Shown: piece after piece, positions 1 through 8,006 of the stretch | Layout of the letters: each line of letters starts with the position of its first letter | Position numbering within the stretch: position 1 is the stretch's first letter | NCBI RefSeq assembly: GCF_036323395.1 | Contig: NZ_AP028907.1 | Coordinates: forward strand, 1,350,001-1,382,000 | DNA length: 32,000 nucleotides | Origin: Pyrodictium abyssi | GTDB taxonomy: Archaea > Thermoproteota > Thermoprotei_A > Sulfolobales > Pyrodictiaceae | Reading direction: 5' to 3' | Notes under the pieces: model-generated | Told to the model about the DNA's origin: nothing | The model's database searches: none | What the model saw: the letters and a program-made list of their open reading frames with translations, nothing else | Position numbers and translations under genes: made by a program

Positions 1-357
1 GCCTTCACAATACGCCGCGGAGACCCCAAGGACGTGCTAAGAGAGGCCAAGATGGTGCTGACAGAGAGGGGCCTCCCGGCCAAGCTGAGCCACAGCGGCT
101 ACGCGCTCCACGTACGCCCCCCGGAGGCAAGCAAGGGGCTCGGGCTCAGCATAGCTCTACGCCTAGCAGGGCTAGACCCAGGCTGCGTCATAGCGGTAGG
201 CGACTCAGCAGTAGACTTGGAAATGCGCGACGCAGGCGTACTCCTGGCAGCCGTCGGCAACGCCGACCAGCAGCTGCTAGAGGGGGCCGATATAGTGCTG
301 CCCGGTGAGAGCGGCAAGAGCATAGCAGTGCTCGCCAAGGCGATACTGGGGAGGTAG
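1..357 (+). CDS. HAD-superfamily hydrolase (subfamily IIB, Cof / archaeal phosphoglycolate-phosphatase-like), C-terminal part; 5' end lies outside the window
   Basis: The frame is open from nt 1. C-terminal HAD motifs are present: ...SKGLGLSIAL...VIAVGDSAVDLEMRDAG...AVGNAD...GADIVLP (K-G, then GDSxxDxxM, then NA). Confidence 0.75.
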   Translation, partial: AFTIRRGDPKDVLREAKMVLTERGLPAKLSHSGYALHVRPPEASKGLGLSIALRLAGLDPGCVIAVGDSAVDLEMRDAGVLLAAVGNADQQLLEGADIVLPGESGKSIAVLAKAILGR

Positions 358-470
358 CGCTCCCCGGGGGCGCGGGCATAGACGCGTGACCTACCTGTAG
401 CCACCGTGTAGAGCCCATGCGCGTGGATATGGGCGCCTACAGCCCCTACGCCCGTGTATAGGGGCCGGGG

Positions 471-773
471 CTAGCCCTCGCCGCACAGCTCCCTGGCCAG
501 CTCCACCCCCTTCTTGGTGAGCCCGTAGCTCCTCCTGCCCGGCCCATGTGTCTTCTCCCAGGCGAGGCCCAGGGCCACGAGCCTCTTTAGGGCCTTGGCT
601 GCTATGCCGCGGGCCTCCCGGGGGAGGCGGGCCACAGCCTCGGGCGGAACATGGCACCTTGTCGATAGACCGCATATCCGGTAGAGGGCGCACAGTGCTA
701 TGCGTAGCTGCTCCCTCCGGGGCCTGGCTACGAGGGGAGACGCGTAGCCAGGAAGACACCCGGAGGCTCCCAC
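471..773 (-). CDS. Small putative winged-helix DNA-binding protein
   Basis: 100-aa ORF whose C-terminus looks like an HTH plus wing (...GIAAKALKRLVALGLAWEKTHGPGRRSYGLTKKGVELAREL). It competes with overlapping antisense ORFs in GC-rich DNA, so coding status is only moderate. Confidence 0.45.
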   Translation of the reverse strand: MGASGCLPGYASPLVARPRREQLRIALCALYRICGLSTRCHVPPEAVARLPREARGIAAKALKRLVALGLAWEKTHGPGRRSYGLTKKGVELARELCGEG

Positions 774-780
774 GGCGCGC

Positions 781-1035
781 CTAGCCCGTGTCCCCGCACA
801 CGTCGTCGAACAGCTCGCCGAGCCTCCTAGCCATATTTGAGATGTCCAGCAGCCCGCGCTCGGTCACGTGGTAGCGGCGTGCTAGAACCTCGGGCGGCGC
901 GCCGCACACCACGTCTCAGAGGATGCTGCAGAACTGCCTATCCTTGGCCACGATGCTCCGGATCGCATACACCTCATGGCCCTTCCGCGTCAAGATATGC
1001 GTAAACGATGTCAGCGAGGACGGATTCTGGTTAGG
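781..1035 (-). pseudogene. Degenerate remnant paralogous to the C-terminal cytoplasmic module of the 8007-9257 regulator, with an in-frame TGA and no usable start
   Basis: My minus-strand translation gives PNQNPSSLTSFTHILTRKGHEVYAIRSIVAKDRQFCSIL*DVVCGAPPEVLARRYHVTERGLLDISNMARRLGELFDDVCGDTG*. It aligns to ...RELDAIRSLAARDEQFCGILQGLAEGVPLEVLSRRYRVSVKGLQDLSELVKRLDGKLTDVCREA* of the 8007 ORF. The TGA (916-918) sits where the paralogue has Q. The frame is closed upstream by a TAG at 1036-1038. Confidence 0.55.
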
Positions 1036-1232
1036 CTATAGAAACGCGTATATTAGATTAGCACATGTAGTCTACGGCCCGAATGCAGGGAGTTATAGTG
1101 GTAGCCCATACCTGATATATAAATTGCTGGCCACCCTAGCACTATTGGGAACGCCACAGGCCTGCAACCCCTGTAACCGAGTGCTCATGCAGAAGCGCAT
1201 TTAAAAATACCCTAGTGTACGAGGCCGCTTGG

Positions 1233-2108
1233 TCAGCCCCAGAGCTTCCTTATTATATCTTTCACCGCCTCTTCTAGTGCTTTGACGCGGCACTCTAGGT
1301 CCTTCAGCAGATTCTCCATGTCGGCCAGCTTGGACACCATGTTCTTCAGCTCGCCTTGCAGCGCTGAGAGCTTGGCGGCAAGTATGTCTACTCTAGCGGA
1401 TATGTCGTTTATCGTCCTGGATAATAGGTCTACTTTTGCTTCTAGCTGGCTTACCCGTTTCTCAAGCTCGGTGTCCTTTGTTATCCTTTCCAGCTCTATG
1501 TTTATGCTAACAGATGAACCCACGTCCACGTTAGCCTCGGCTACGTAGTAGCCTGCTGCACGCACGAGTATCTTCACAGTCCCCTCTCGCACCGTGAGCG
1601 TCGCTTTGCCGTCCTTCCCGGTCTCCTCCACGTCTAACACATTACCCTTAGAGTCGTAGGCTACTACCACCGCCTTGGGCACCGGTAGCCCCGTGCCCTT
1701 CTCCACCACAGTTACGTAGACTGTTGGCAGCTTCGGTGGCGGCGGGAGCGGCTTGGACTTGAGAGTAAAGGTCGCTGAAGCTGATGCAGCGCCACAGACT
1801 ATTTCGACGCGGTAGTTCCCAGCAACCCATCCACCGGTCGGTATTGATGGTATGGGTATGCTAATCCCCTTAGCCGCGTCGTCGGCTGTTACGAGCATTA
1901 CCTTTACCGGCTCGCCTATCGGCGATAGCACACGTAGCGTAGCGATGTCGCAGGGAAGAGTGCCGTTCACCCTTATCTTCACAGTATCGCCATACTCATA
2001 GACGCTCTTGTCAAGCACTATCGTAAAGCTTGCAGCAATAGCCGCTGCCGAGAAGAGAGCCAGCGCGAGCACGTATAGAGGGAGTGTCCTCGTCCCGATG
2101 TGGCGCAT
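1233..2108 (-). CDS. Secreted protein: signal peptide, two beta-rich domains (the second is carboxypeptidase-regulatory/PEGA-like), Pro-rich linker and C-terminal ~80-aa coiled coil
   Basis: N-terminal signal LPLYVLALALFSAAAIAAS; PPPPKLP linker; VVEKGTGLPVPKAVVVAYDSKGNVLDVEETGKDGKATLTV motif; heptad-rich tail ELEKRVSQLEAKVDLLSRTINDISARVDILAAKLSALQGELKNMVSKLADMENLLKDLECRVKALEEAVKDI. An A/T-rich TATA-like stretch and GGAG lie upstream of the ATG. Confidence 0.8.
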   Translation of the reverse strand: MRHIGTRTLPLYVLALALFSAAAIAASFTIVLDKSVYEYGDTVKIRVNGTLPCDIATLRVLSPIGEPVKVMLVTADDAAKGISIPIPSIPTGGWVAGNYRVEIVCGAASASATFTLKSKPLPPPPKLPTVYVTVVEKGTGLPVPKAVVVAYDSKGNVLDVEETGKDGKATLTVREGTVKILVRAAGYYVAEANVDVGSSVSINIELERITKDTELEKRVSQLEAKVDLLSRTINDISARVDILAAKLSALQGELKNMVSKLADMENLLKDLECRVKALEEAVKDIIRKLWG

Positions 2109-2306
2109 TCCTCTCCACCAGCTTAGAACAGCATAAGCCTGCGCTTTATTAATAATGCTTATAGACTGGTTTTCAGCGAACCCTGAGTATCATCTTTACG
2201 CGAAAGCAGTGCATGGATGCATTAACAGCAGATAAACAGAGCCCAGGCGAGCAACAACTATACAGCTGTTAGTCCCACGCCACAGTAGTGGCCCGGGGCC
2301 CCAGCC

Positions 2307-3467
2307 CTAGCCGAGGCTAACGAGCAATGGCATCTTGACGCCGTTTACTTCATCCACCACCCTATACCATATAGTGTTGCCGCTCTCCACGAAGTTTTGG
2401 TAAGGGAGATAAGGAGGCTTCTCGTACAGCAGCGTACCGCCGAGCCGTACCACATGCTTGAAGCCTCCCTTGGATCTGTACACAGCTATTCTCACAGTCA
2501 TGTCGTCTAGCAGCGTTACGCGTATCCATTCGTCACCATCCATATCCGCCTTGGTGCAGTCTGTTATTACCTCGGGTGAGTCCTCCCAGGCTATTAGGAA
2601 GTCGCGGCCAGCACCCCCTACCGGCTCCAGTATGAAGCACATAGTCTCGTTATACGGCTGCCCATTTTGTGGGTGCACCTCGTGCTTGAAGCAGAGTGTA
2701 GTGTTCTCCCCCGGCCTAGTGTTCTCGAGCACCACCACGCCGCGGCCGCAGAAGAGGCTGTTGAGGTACGTGCCGTTGGACACGGGGAGTACCCGCCCCT
2801 CTACCGGGGTGCTGCCAGCGGGCTCGTAGCGGTACGTTCCTAGCGCTAAGTCTAGTACGAGTCTTGAGCGGAACACACCGGTACTACCGTCGTAGCCCTC
2901 GAAGATGAACGCTGGTAGTCTGGGTCCACCGCTCACACTCTTTACCTCGAAGTGCACCATTATGGGTAGGTTGTCAAAGAGTACTCCCTCCCGGGCCTCG
3001 TAGTAGGCTTTCCCCGTCAGCTCGGCGTAGGTGGCGTAGAAGTCGCTGTAGTCGAGCGTGATGAGCGCCGCTGGCCTGTCCAGCGTTAGCACGGCCTTCT
3101 CCTGCTCGCCACGGGCTGTGACGCTAGAGAGCACGACTTGTAGGCTCTGGAATGCTTTCTGCAGCTCCTCTACCGGCTCTAGCTCTGCTTTTATGACGGC
3201 TACTCCTACCCCGGGGAGCGGGCGTATCCTCACCCGGCCGAGACTCGCCTCCCCCATAGCGCCCGGAGAGGTGATAACGGTCCCTAGTCCTCCCTCGATC
3301 TCCAGGGGCTCGCTGGTAGCGCTAGCTTCCCCCACCGCTGAGCCTCCACCGCCCCCTGGAGCTAGGGTGGTAGCGTAGGCAAGGAGCAGCCCCGCAACCG
3401 CGAGGACTAGTGGCAGCGCGAATAGGAGTACCCGGCCCCCGGTGTCCATGGCTTCTACCCGGTGCAT
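2307..3467 (-). CDS. Secreted Can-like (cannula-subunit-family-like) domain fused to a ~200-aa C-terminal domain of unknown function
   Basis: Signal/TM segment VLLFALPLVLAVAGLLLAYATT. Residues ~30-180 share the same landmarks as the 11204 ORF: (Y/F)ATT...SEP(L/I)(E/D)(I/V); EKAVLTLDRPAALITLD versus EVKAVLSLKKPSAVIVLD; YYEAREGVLFDNLPIMVHFEVKSVS versus YYEAKEGMLFDSLPVILNFQVLSVS. The start may be Met7 (3449). Confidence 0.8.
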   Translation of the reverse strand: MHRVEAMDTGGRVLLFALPLVLAVAGLLLAYATTLAPGGGGGSAVGEASATSEPLEIEGGLGTVITSPGAMGEASLGRVRIRPLPGVGVAVIKAELEPVEELQKAFQSLQVVLSSVTARGEQEKAVLTLDRPAALITLDYSDFYATYAELTGKAYYEAREGVLFDNLPIMVHFEVKSVSGGPRLPAFIFEGYDGSTGVFRSRLVLDLALGTYRYEPAGSTPVEGRVLPVSNGTYLNSLFCGRGVVVLENTRPGENTTLCFKHEVHPQNGQPYNETMCFILEPVGGAGRDFLIAWEDSPEVITDCTKADMDGDEWIRVTLLDDMTVRIAVYRSKGGFKHVVRLGGTLLYEKPPYLPYQNFVESGNTIWYRVVDEVNGVKMPLLVSLG

Positions 3468-3622
3468 CCCCCAGGCTCCTCTCCATATTCCATGAGTGCC
3501 TAGGCATTCTCTTATGCCTTATAGGCCGGTCTGAAGGCCTTGGCTCGGGTTGGGCTCTTTACTCCGGGGACCCGGGTGGATTCCACCGGAGACACAGCTG
3601 GAATGCCATCCTGCAGGCAGGC

Positions 3623-5383
3623 ATGGAGAGGTGGAGGGTGCTGAGGACCCTGCAGCGCTCTGGCCTGCTCGACACCGCGGCTGGGCTCCTGGTGGGGCTC
3701 TATGCTTCTCTGTTGTTCCGCGGCCTCGTAGCCGGGAGCGGGCTGCCTAGCTTCGAGCACGGTGTATTCAGGGATGCCAACATAGCGTTCTACATATCCT
3801 ACGCCACTATGATAGATGCCTGGGGTAGCCTCTGTGTGCCTACGTGGTTCGGCTTCTTCGACACTGTGCGGTTCTACCCACCGTTGGGAAACATGCTCAT
3901 CTATCTCCTAGGCGCCGTGCTGGACGGCGACTACGTGAGGGCCGCTATGCTGGCCTACATGGTTGTCCTCGTGGCGTTTGTCTCCGGGTTCTATACGCTC
4001 ATATACACGTTGACGGGGTCGCGGCTCGCGGGGCTTCTCGCGGCGCTGCTCCTGCCCCTAGTCCATGGCTACGCTTCCACTATTGCGCTGTACTGGGAGT
4101 ACAATAGGCTCCTCGGCGAGGCTTTCATGTTCCACGCGCTGGCGAGGCTCCACGCCTTCATGGAGCGCGGGGATAGGCGGCTGGCGCTCAGCGCAGCAGC
4201 CTACATGGCGCTAGTCCTGCTAAGCAACCTCGTAGCCTTCATAGAGGCGCTAGCGCTCGCACTAGCCACTGTCATGTACTGGGCCCGCCGCCACCTAGCA
4301 GAGGGCGCTGGCCCCGAGGAGCTGCTCTACCTTGCACAGAGGCTGGCCCTGGCATCCCTGTTCTTTCTCGGGCTTACGCTCTGGTGGCTCGCCCCCGCCA
4401 TAGCCCCCTACGGGCTGGGGCACTACCTCCGCATAAAGACGCCGCTAGGGTTCAAGGCTAGGGTCGTGGCCCTCGCGCTCCAGAGCGGGGCTCTACCGCC
4501 GCTCTGGAGCCCGGCGGTCCAGCTCCCGCTCCTCGTGGCAGGCGCCGTGGCTCTGATCATTCATCTGCTTCTCCGGAGCCGTGGCAGCGTGCTAGCCTAC
4601 TACGCTGCCGCACTAGCTGTGCTAATAGCCGTGTATGGACAGGGGCTGAGGCTTCTCCCGAGCCTCGGAGCCGTCCTAGCGGCTGCCGTCGCCTCGCTGC
4701 CACCCGCCGTAGCGGAGCGCGTAGGCGGCCGCTACCGCTGGGTGGCGGCAGCAGCCGCTATGATCCCGGCCATGCTTCTCGCTGGCTTCTACCTCGGCGC
4801 GTACCTGGGCGTCTATAGCACGCTTCTCCGGCCCGACTACAGCTTCATGGGGAGCGACGAGTACCGGGTAGCAGTGTGGCTGAGGGACAACCTGCCGGAG
4901 GGCTGTAAGGCCTACCTCATGCATGGGCCCCGGTTCCGCGGGGGCATGTGGGTCAACGTGTTCGCGCCGCGTGTCGAGCAGGTTCTGGGCGGCTACGTTG
5001 AGGGAGCTCTACCCGGTGTGGGGGACGAATACCTGCGCCTGGACTACATCATAAAGGAGACCGGCGACTGGTATACAGCCTACCAGCTTATGAAGAAGCT
5101 GGGCGTCGTGTACCTTGTCGTTGACAGGGCGTGGATGGAGTCCCACTGGGGCAGCGTCGTCGAAAGGCTAGAGAAGCGCGGGCTGATAGAGCCCGTGGAC
5201 GAGGTCAACAAGCAGCTAGGCTACAGCATGGTCTACCGGGTAGTCAACGCGACGTGCACAGACGGCTCTAGAGCCCCAGGGCTCTTCGAGTGTCTTGCGC
5301 TGCCCTCGAGGATTGTGGGCGCTGGGCTCTCGGCCGCCTCCATGCTTCTGTTTGCCCGCTGGCTGCGGAGGCTAGAGGACTAG
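3623..5383 (+). CDS. Large polytopic membrane protein with a C-terminal soluble domain (GT-C-glycosyltransferase-like architecture; function unproven)
   Basis: About 12 or more hydrophobic helices followed by a ~170-aa soluble tail. I moved the start to ATG 3623 (MERWRVL...). The 3410 start in the ORF track overlaps the divergent 2307-3467 gene, and its first 71 residues look non-coding. No AglB WWDYG motif was seen. Confidence 0.75.
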   Translation: MERWRVLRTLQRSGLLDTAAGLLVGLYASLLFRGLVAGSGLPSFEHGVFRDANIAFYISYATMIDAWGSLCVPTWFGFFDTVRFYPPLGNMLIYLLGAVLDGDYVRAAMLAYMVVLVAFVSGFYTLIYTLTGSRLAGLLAALLLPLVHGYASTIALYWEYNRLLGEAFMFHALARLHAFMERGDRRLALSAAAYMALVLLSNLVAFIEALALALATVMYWARRHLAEGAGPEELLYLAQRLALASLFFLGLTLWWLAPAIAPYGLGHYLRIKTPLGFKARVVALALQSGALPPLWSPAVQLPLLVAGAVALIIHLLLRSRGSVLAYYAAALAVLIAVYGQGLRLLPSLGAVLAAAVASLPPAVAERVGGRYRWVAAAAAMIPAMLLAGFYLGAYLGVYSTLLRPDYSFMGSDEYRVAVWLRDNLPEGCKAYLMHGPRFRGGMWVNVFAPRVEQVLGGYVEGALPGVGDEYLRLDYIIKETGDWYTAYQLMKKLGVVYLVVDRAWMESHWGSVVERLEKRGLIEPVDEVNKQLGYSMVYRVVNATCTDGSRAPGLFECLALPSRIVGAGLSAASMLLFARWLRRLED

Positions 5384-5458
5384 GCAACGGAGGGGCGGAA
5401 GCCGTAATAAGGCTATAGTAGTAGTGGTGCAGATAATGCTGAAGGGGCGTACCCGGGG

Positions 5459-6601
5459 ATGCGTGTTCCCATACTAGTGCTTCTTCTGCTAGGCCTAGCT
5501 GTACTAGCACTAGCGGTGCACACGGCTAGAGCAGAGGAGGCACCGGATATAGACGCTGTGGGCAGGGTTAGATACGTCATCGACGGGGACACGATGAGAG
5601 TCTATATACTCCGCGTTGACCAGCCGGTGCAAGCGTGCAGTGAAGGAGTCCTAGAGCCCCGGGCCACCATAACGATACGGCTTGCCGACATAGATGCGCC
5701 AGAGCAGAATGAGCAGGACTACGAGAAGGCGCGGGATGCGCTAGAGCGACTGATAGACGGGAAGATAGTACACATAGACGTGGACGACTATAGCTGCATA
5801 GGATACTATGGAAGAGTCGTCGCCGTGGTCTATCTAGAGTATAACGAGACACACATGCTTAACGTGAACGAGTGGCTGCTCGAGGAGGGCTACGCACGGG
5901 AGTACAACTTTACAAACAACGAGTTTGACCCCAGGGACTGGAGCCTCTACGTGCCCATATTCCCCTGGGATGACTACGGCCTGGACTTCGTAAGGCTAGA
6001 GGGCGCCGGAAACGTCACGCTCAGCGGAGACATAGAACTCCAGGTCGCAGTCGTGGACAGCGGCCGCGAGCCCCTCATATGCTTCGGCGGAGGGAGGGGC
6101 TGCGAGAGCATAGACGGCGATCTCGGCGACACGCACAGAGTGAGGATAGTCCTCAACGACACCGACGGAGCCAGGCTACGGCTATACCCCGACGGCTACA
6201 TAGGCTACGTGAAAGATCTAGACATAGAGGAGCTTTACATCGATGACAGGCTTATAGCATCAGACACGAGCATAGAGGGGGTATACGGGCTCCGCATAAC
6301 ATGGGCGGATAACGGTATAAAGCTAGCATTCACGGGAAACATAACCCTACTAGAGCTCAACGGGGACCAGCTGGCCACACCCGGCCAGGAACCCGGGGCA
6401 ATAGTGCTCGAAGACCTAGTACCCCTCAGCCTAGGCCTAAGAGAGACGGCGAGCATCACCGGGTTCGCCAGGATGCTCGCAAACCCGGAGGAGGTACCAG
6501 AAGCGCCGCTTCCAGCGCTCCTAGCTCTACCCGTTGCAGCACTGCTCCTCGTCCTAGCCCTGCACATTTACTCCCAGCTCAAAAGGAGCCACAGCGGCTA
6601 A
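5459..6601 (+). CDS. Secreted, C-terminally membrane-anchored thermonuclease (staphylococcal-nuclease/SNase fold) with an extra ~200-aa ectodomain
   Basis: Signal peptide MRVPILVLLLLGLAVLALAVHTARA. SNase motifs VIDGDTMRV...IRLADIDAPE...GYYGRVVAVVY...NEWLLEEGYARE. Several N-x-S/T sequons. C-terminal tail PEEVPEAPLPALLALPVAALLLVLALHIYSQLKRSHSG, that is Pro-rich motif plus TM plus basic end. Confidence 0.85.
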   Translation: MRVPILVLLLLGLAVLALAVHTARAEEAPDIDAVGRVRYVIDGDTMRVYILRVDQPVQACSEGVLEPRATITIRLADIDAPEQNEQDYEKARDALERLIDGKIVHIDVDDYSCIGYYGRVVAVVYLEYNETHMLNVNEWLLEEGYAREYNFTNNEFDPRDWSLYVPIFPWDDYGLDFVRLEGAGNVTLSGDIELQVAVVDSGREPLICFGGGRGCESIDGDLGDTHRVRIVLNDTDGARLRLYPDGYIGYVKDLDIEELYIDDRLIASDTSIEGVYGLRITWADNGIKLAFTGNITLLELNGDQLATPGQEPGAIVLEDLVPLSLGLRETASITGFARMLANPEEVPEAPLPALLALPVAALLLVLALHIYSQLKRSHSG

Positions 6602-6702
6602 AACGGCATAGAGAGCACCGCTTGCGGCCTCCAGGCCCCTCCAAGCGTTCGTCGTCCTGGGGAAGGGCGAGGCCCTCTAGCTAGAAAGTTCTTTGTGTCT
6701 GG

Positions 6703-6918
6703 TTGCTTCCTGGTCTATACCCGGGGTGTTGTTTGTTAGGCCGCGTCGACTACGCTGTCAAGAGGTGGGGCCGGAGCCTCTACCTGCTACTCCCGAAGCA
6801 CATCGCCGACATGTACGGGATAGGCGTGGGGGACAGGTTCCTAGTGGAGGCCCGGGAGGAGGACGGGGAGGTGCTGATGGTCTTCAGGTTCCCGAGGAAG
6901 AAGGAGGAGAGAGGCTAG
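6703..6918 (+). CDS. AbrB/SpoVT(MazE)-family swapped-hairpin DNA-binding protein (antitoxin-like)
   Basis: VKRWGRSLYLLLPKHIADMYGIGVGDRFLVEA is a typical AbrB/SpoVT beta-hairpin core. The start is uncertain: TTG 6703 or TTG 6733. Confidence 0.65.
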   Translation: MLPGLYPGCCLLGRVDYAVKRWGRSLYLLLPKHIADMYGIGVGDRFLVEAREEDGEVLMVFRFPRKKEERG

Positions 6919-7155
6919 GCGGGCACGGGTACCCTCTTCTCTCGGGCCCTGATTTCCTCAAGGTAGCGGCGCCACCACTCCTCCTCAAGGTCTACCCCTT
7001 GCTCGGCTAGAGCCTCGAGGTAGTCCTCGAGGGCTTTGAAGACTTCGAGGGGGTCAACGCTCTCGGGGCACTGGAAGTGTTCTACGCAGAGCCAGGCCTC
7101 GTAGGGGGTGAGGCCTAGCCTCGGGAGCCCCCAGGGCCCGGTTTAGCCTGGTCAT
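6915..7155 (-). pseudogene. Small (~79 aa) conserved-looking ORF interrupted by a 1-nt frameshift in a G5/C5 homopolymer
   Basis: ATG 7155 is preceded by GGAGGG. The first frame, MTRLNRALGAPEARPHPLRG..., dies after 33 codons. Dropping one base of the C5 run at 7128-7132 gives MTRLNRALGLPRLGLTPYEAWLCVEHFQCPESVDPLEVFKALEDYLEALAEQGVDLEEEWWRRYLEEIRAREKRVPVPA*. It is convergent with, and overlaps, the AbrB gene stop. Confidence 0.4.
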
Positions 7156-7834
7156 CCCTCCTCTCTCCTCTTCTCTGTCTGCACCTCTTCTCCCTTATAT
7201 AGCCGGGACCGGGCAGAGGGCTAGCACCCAGCACTCTCCTAGGTGGATGTATAGGCTCCACTTCATGCCGCATGCAGGGTATAGGTGCCGGTCGAGGCCT
7301 AGCAGGGTCTTTCTGCCCCAGAGTAGCCGCATCCTAGCCTTCAGCCCTTCTCGTCTCCTTGTCCCTAACGATGCTGACGGCAAGGCCGAGCTTCCAGAGC
7401 CTTAGTGCCCCATCCCGCCCCGGCCTTCGAGGTATAGTCCAGGTATAGGGCTATGCCGCATCGTATATGAGCCAAAGCTATACCAAAGAGGCTACACAGC
7501 GGTCAAGGGCCGCCTCTGTGCAACATAGAGGCATTCACGCAGCTCCAGGTCCCATAGTAAGTTACACAAAACCAGCATCAGCTAGCAACACGCCATGATG
7601 CATGACACGCTCACTCCAGAAAGCCAGACGCCAGACAGAAGGGACAAGCCACACGCACGCCCAGAGCAGGGCTCTCAGGGAAGAGGGAGGCAAGGCATGG
7701 CTAGAGGAGGGGTGAAGAGCTGGCGGCAGGGCCTCACCCCCTCACCGGAGGGGGTCTCCGCCCCGCCGCCCAAGAGGGCTCGGCGCCCCGGCTGCCGCCC
7801 CGCCCGCATGCTGTAAAGCAGGCTATGGCGTAAT

Positions 7835-7952
7835 AAGTATCTTATAGACCGTTGAGCGGTCTCGTTTATCTCCAAGTATCCGTTGAGGCCCGCCAGCGTG
7901 CTTCGGGCTATGCGGATTGGCGCGCGATGCGCGTCTACATGCAGACCGGTCT
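7835..7952. promoter_or_regulatory. Repeat-rich putative operator/promoter region upstream of the 8007 operon
   Basis: Half-sites AGACCG/CGGTCT occur twice. One pair has a 5-nt spacer (7846-7862, AGACCGttgagCGGTCT). The other is a perfect 10-bp palindrome (7943-7952, AGACCGGTCT) that abuts a TATA-like ctatagcattagttt. The direct repeats AAGTATC...CGTTGAG also occur twice (7835-7856 and 7874-7887). Confidence 0.3.
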
Positions 7953-8006
7953 ATAGCATTAGTTTAGGAGAGCCATGCATCCGGCGAGCCGGGGGCCCTC
8001 GAAGCA

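Noticed and set aside
99-784. Stack of overlapping ORFs from the track (99-404, 188-418, 391-759, 548-784) plus many similar antisense ORFs throughout the window. Examples: 1282-1548, 2458-2829, 3058-3378, 8618-8974, 19698-20171, 21859-22227, 26073-26480, 26922-27413 and 30355-30711.
   Set aside because: They are shadow ORFs, typical of GC-rich coding DNA. They are Arg/Pro/Ala/Ser-rich and carry no recognisable motifs. Each overlaps a frame that has clear family signatures or clean membrane-protein character.
3410-3622. N-terminal 71-codon extension of the large membrane protein as given in the ORF track.
   Set aside because: It overlaps the 5' end of the divergent 2307-3467 gene, and its sequence (MAARIGVPGPRCPWLLPGASPRLL...) looks non-coding. 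ATG 3623 starts a normal N-terminus directly ahead of the first TM helix.
6560-6601. Calling the thermonuclease tail a bona fide VPXXXP-CTERM (ArtB-type) signal.
   Set aside because: The motif reads V-P-E-A-P-L-P, which does not match the V-P-x-x-x-P spacing, and only one example is visible. It is retained only as a hypothesis in the findings.
7595-7816. 73-aa ORF in the long intergenic region upstream of the 8007 operon.
   Set aside because: Its composition is low-complexity R/P/G/Q-rich, with no start context and no motif. An antisense ORF (7675-7875) of the same quality overlaps it. I treat the region as non-coding or regulatory.
7380-8006. Possible tRNA, C/D-box sRNA or other RNA gene in the 600-bp gap. 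I also checked the gaps at 11744-12016, 13674-13930, 14891-15090, 17221-17453 and 25393-25525.
   Set aside because: I found no T-loop (GGTTCRAATCC-like) or cloverleaf pattern, and no convincing paired C (RUGAUGA) and D (CUGA) boxes at the right spacing. Only short hairpins and repeats were found, and those are reported separately. A covariance-model scan would be needed for certainty.
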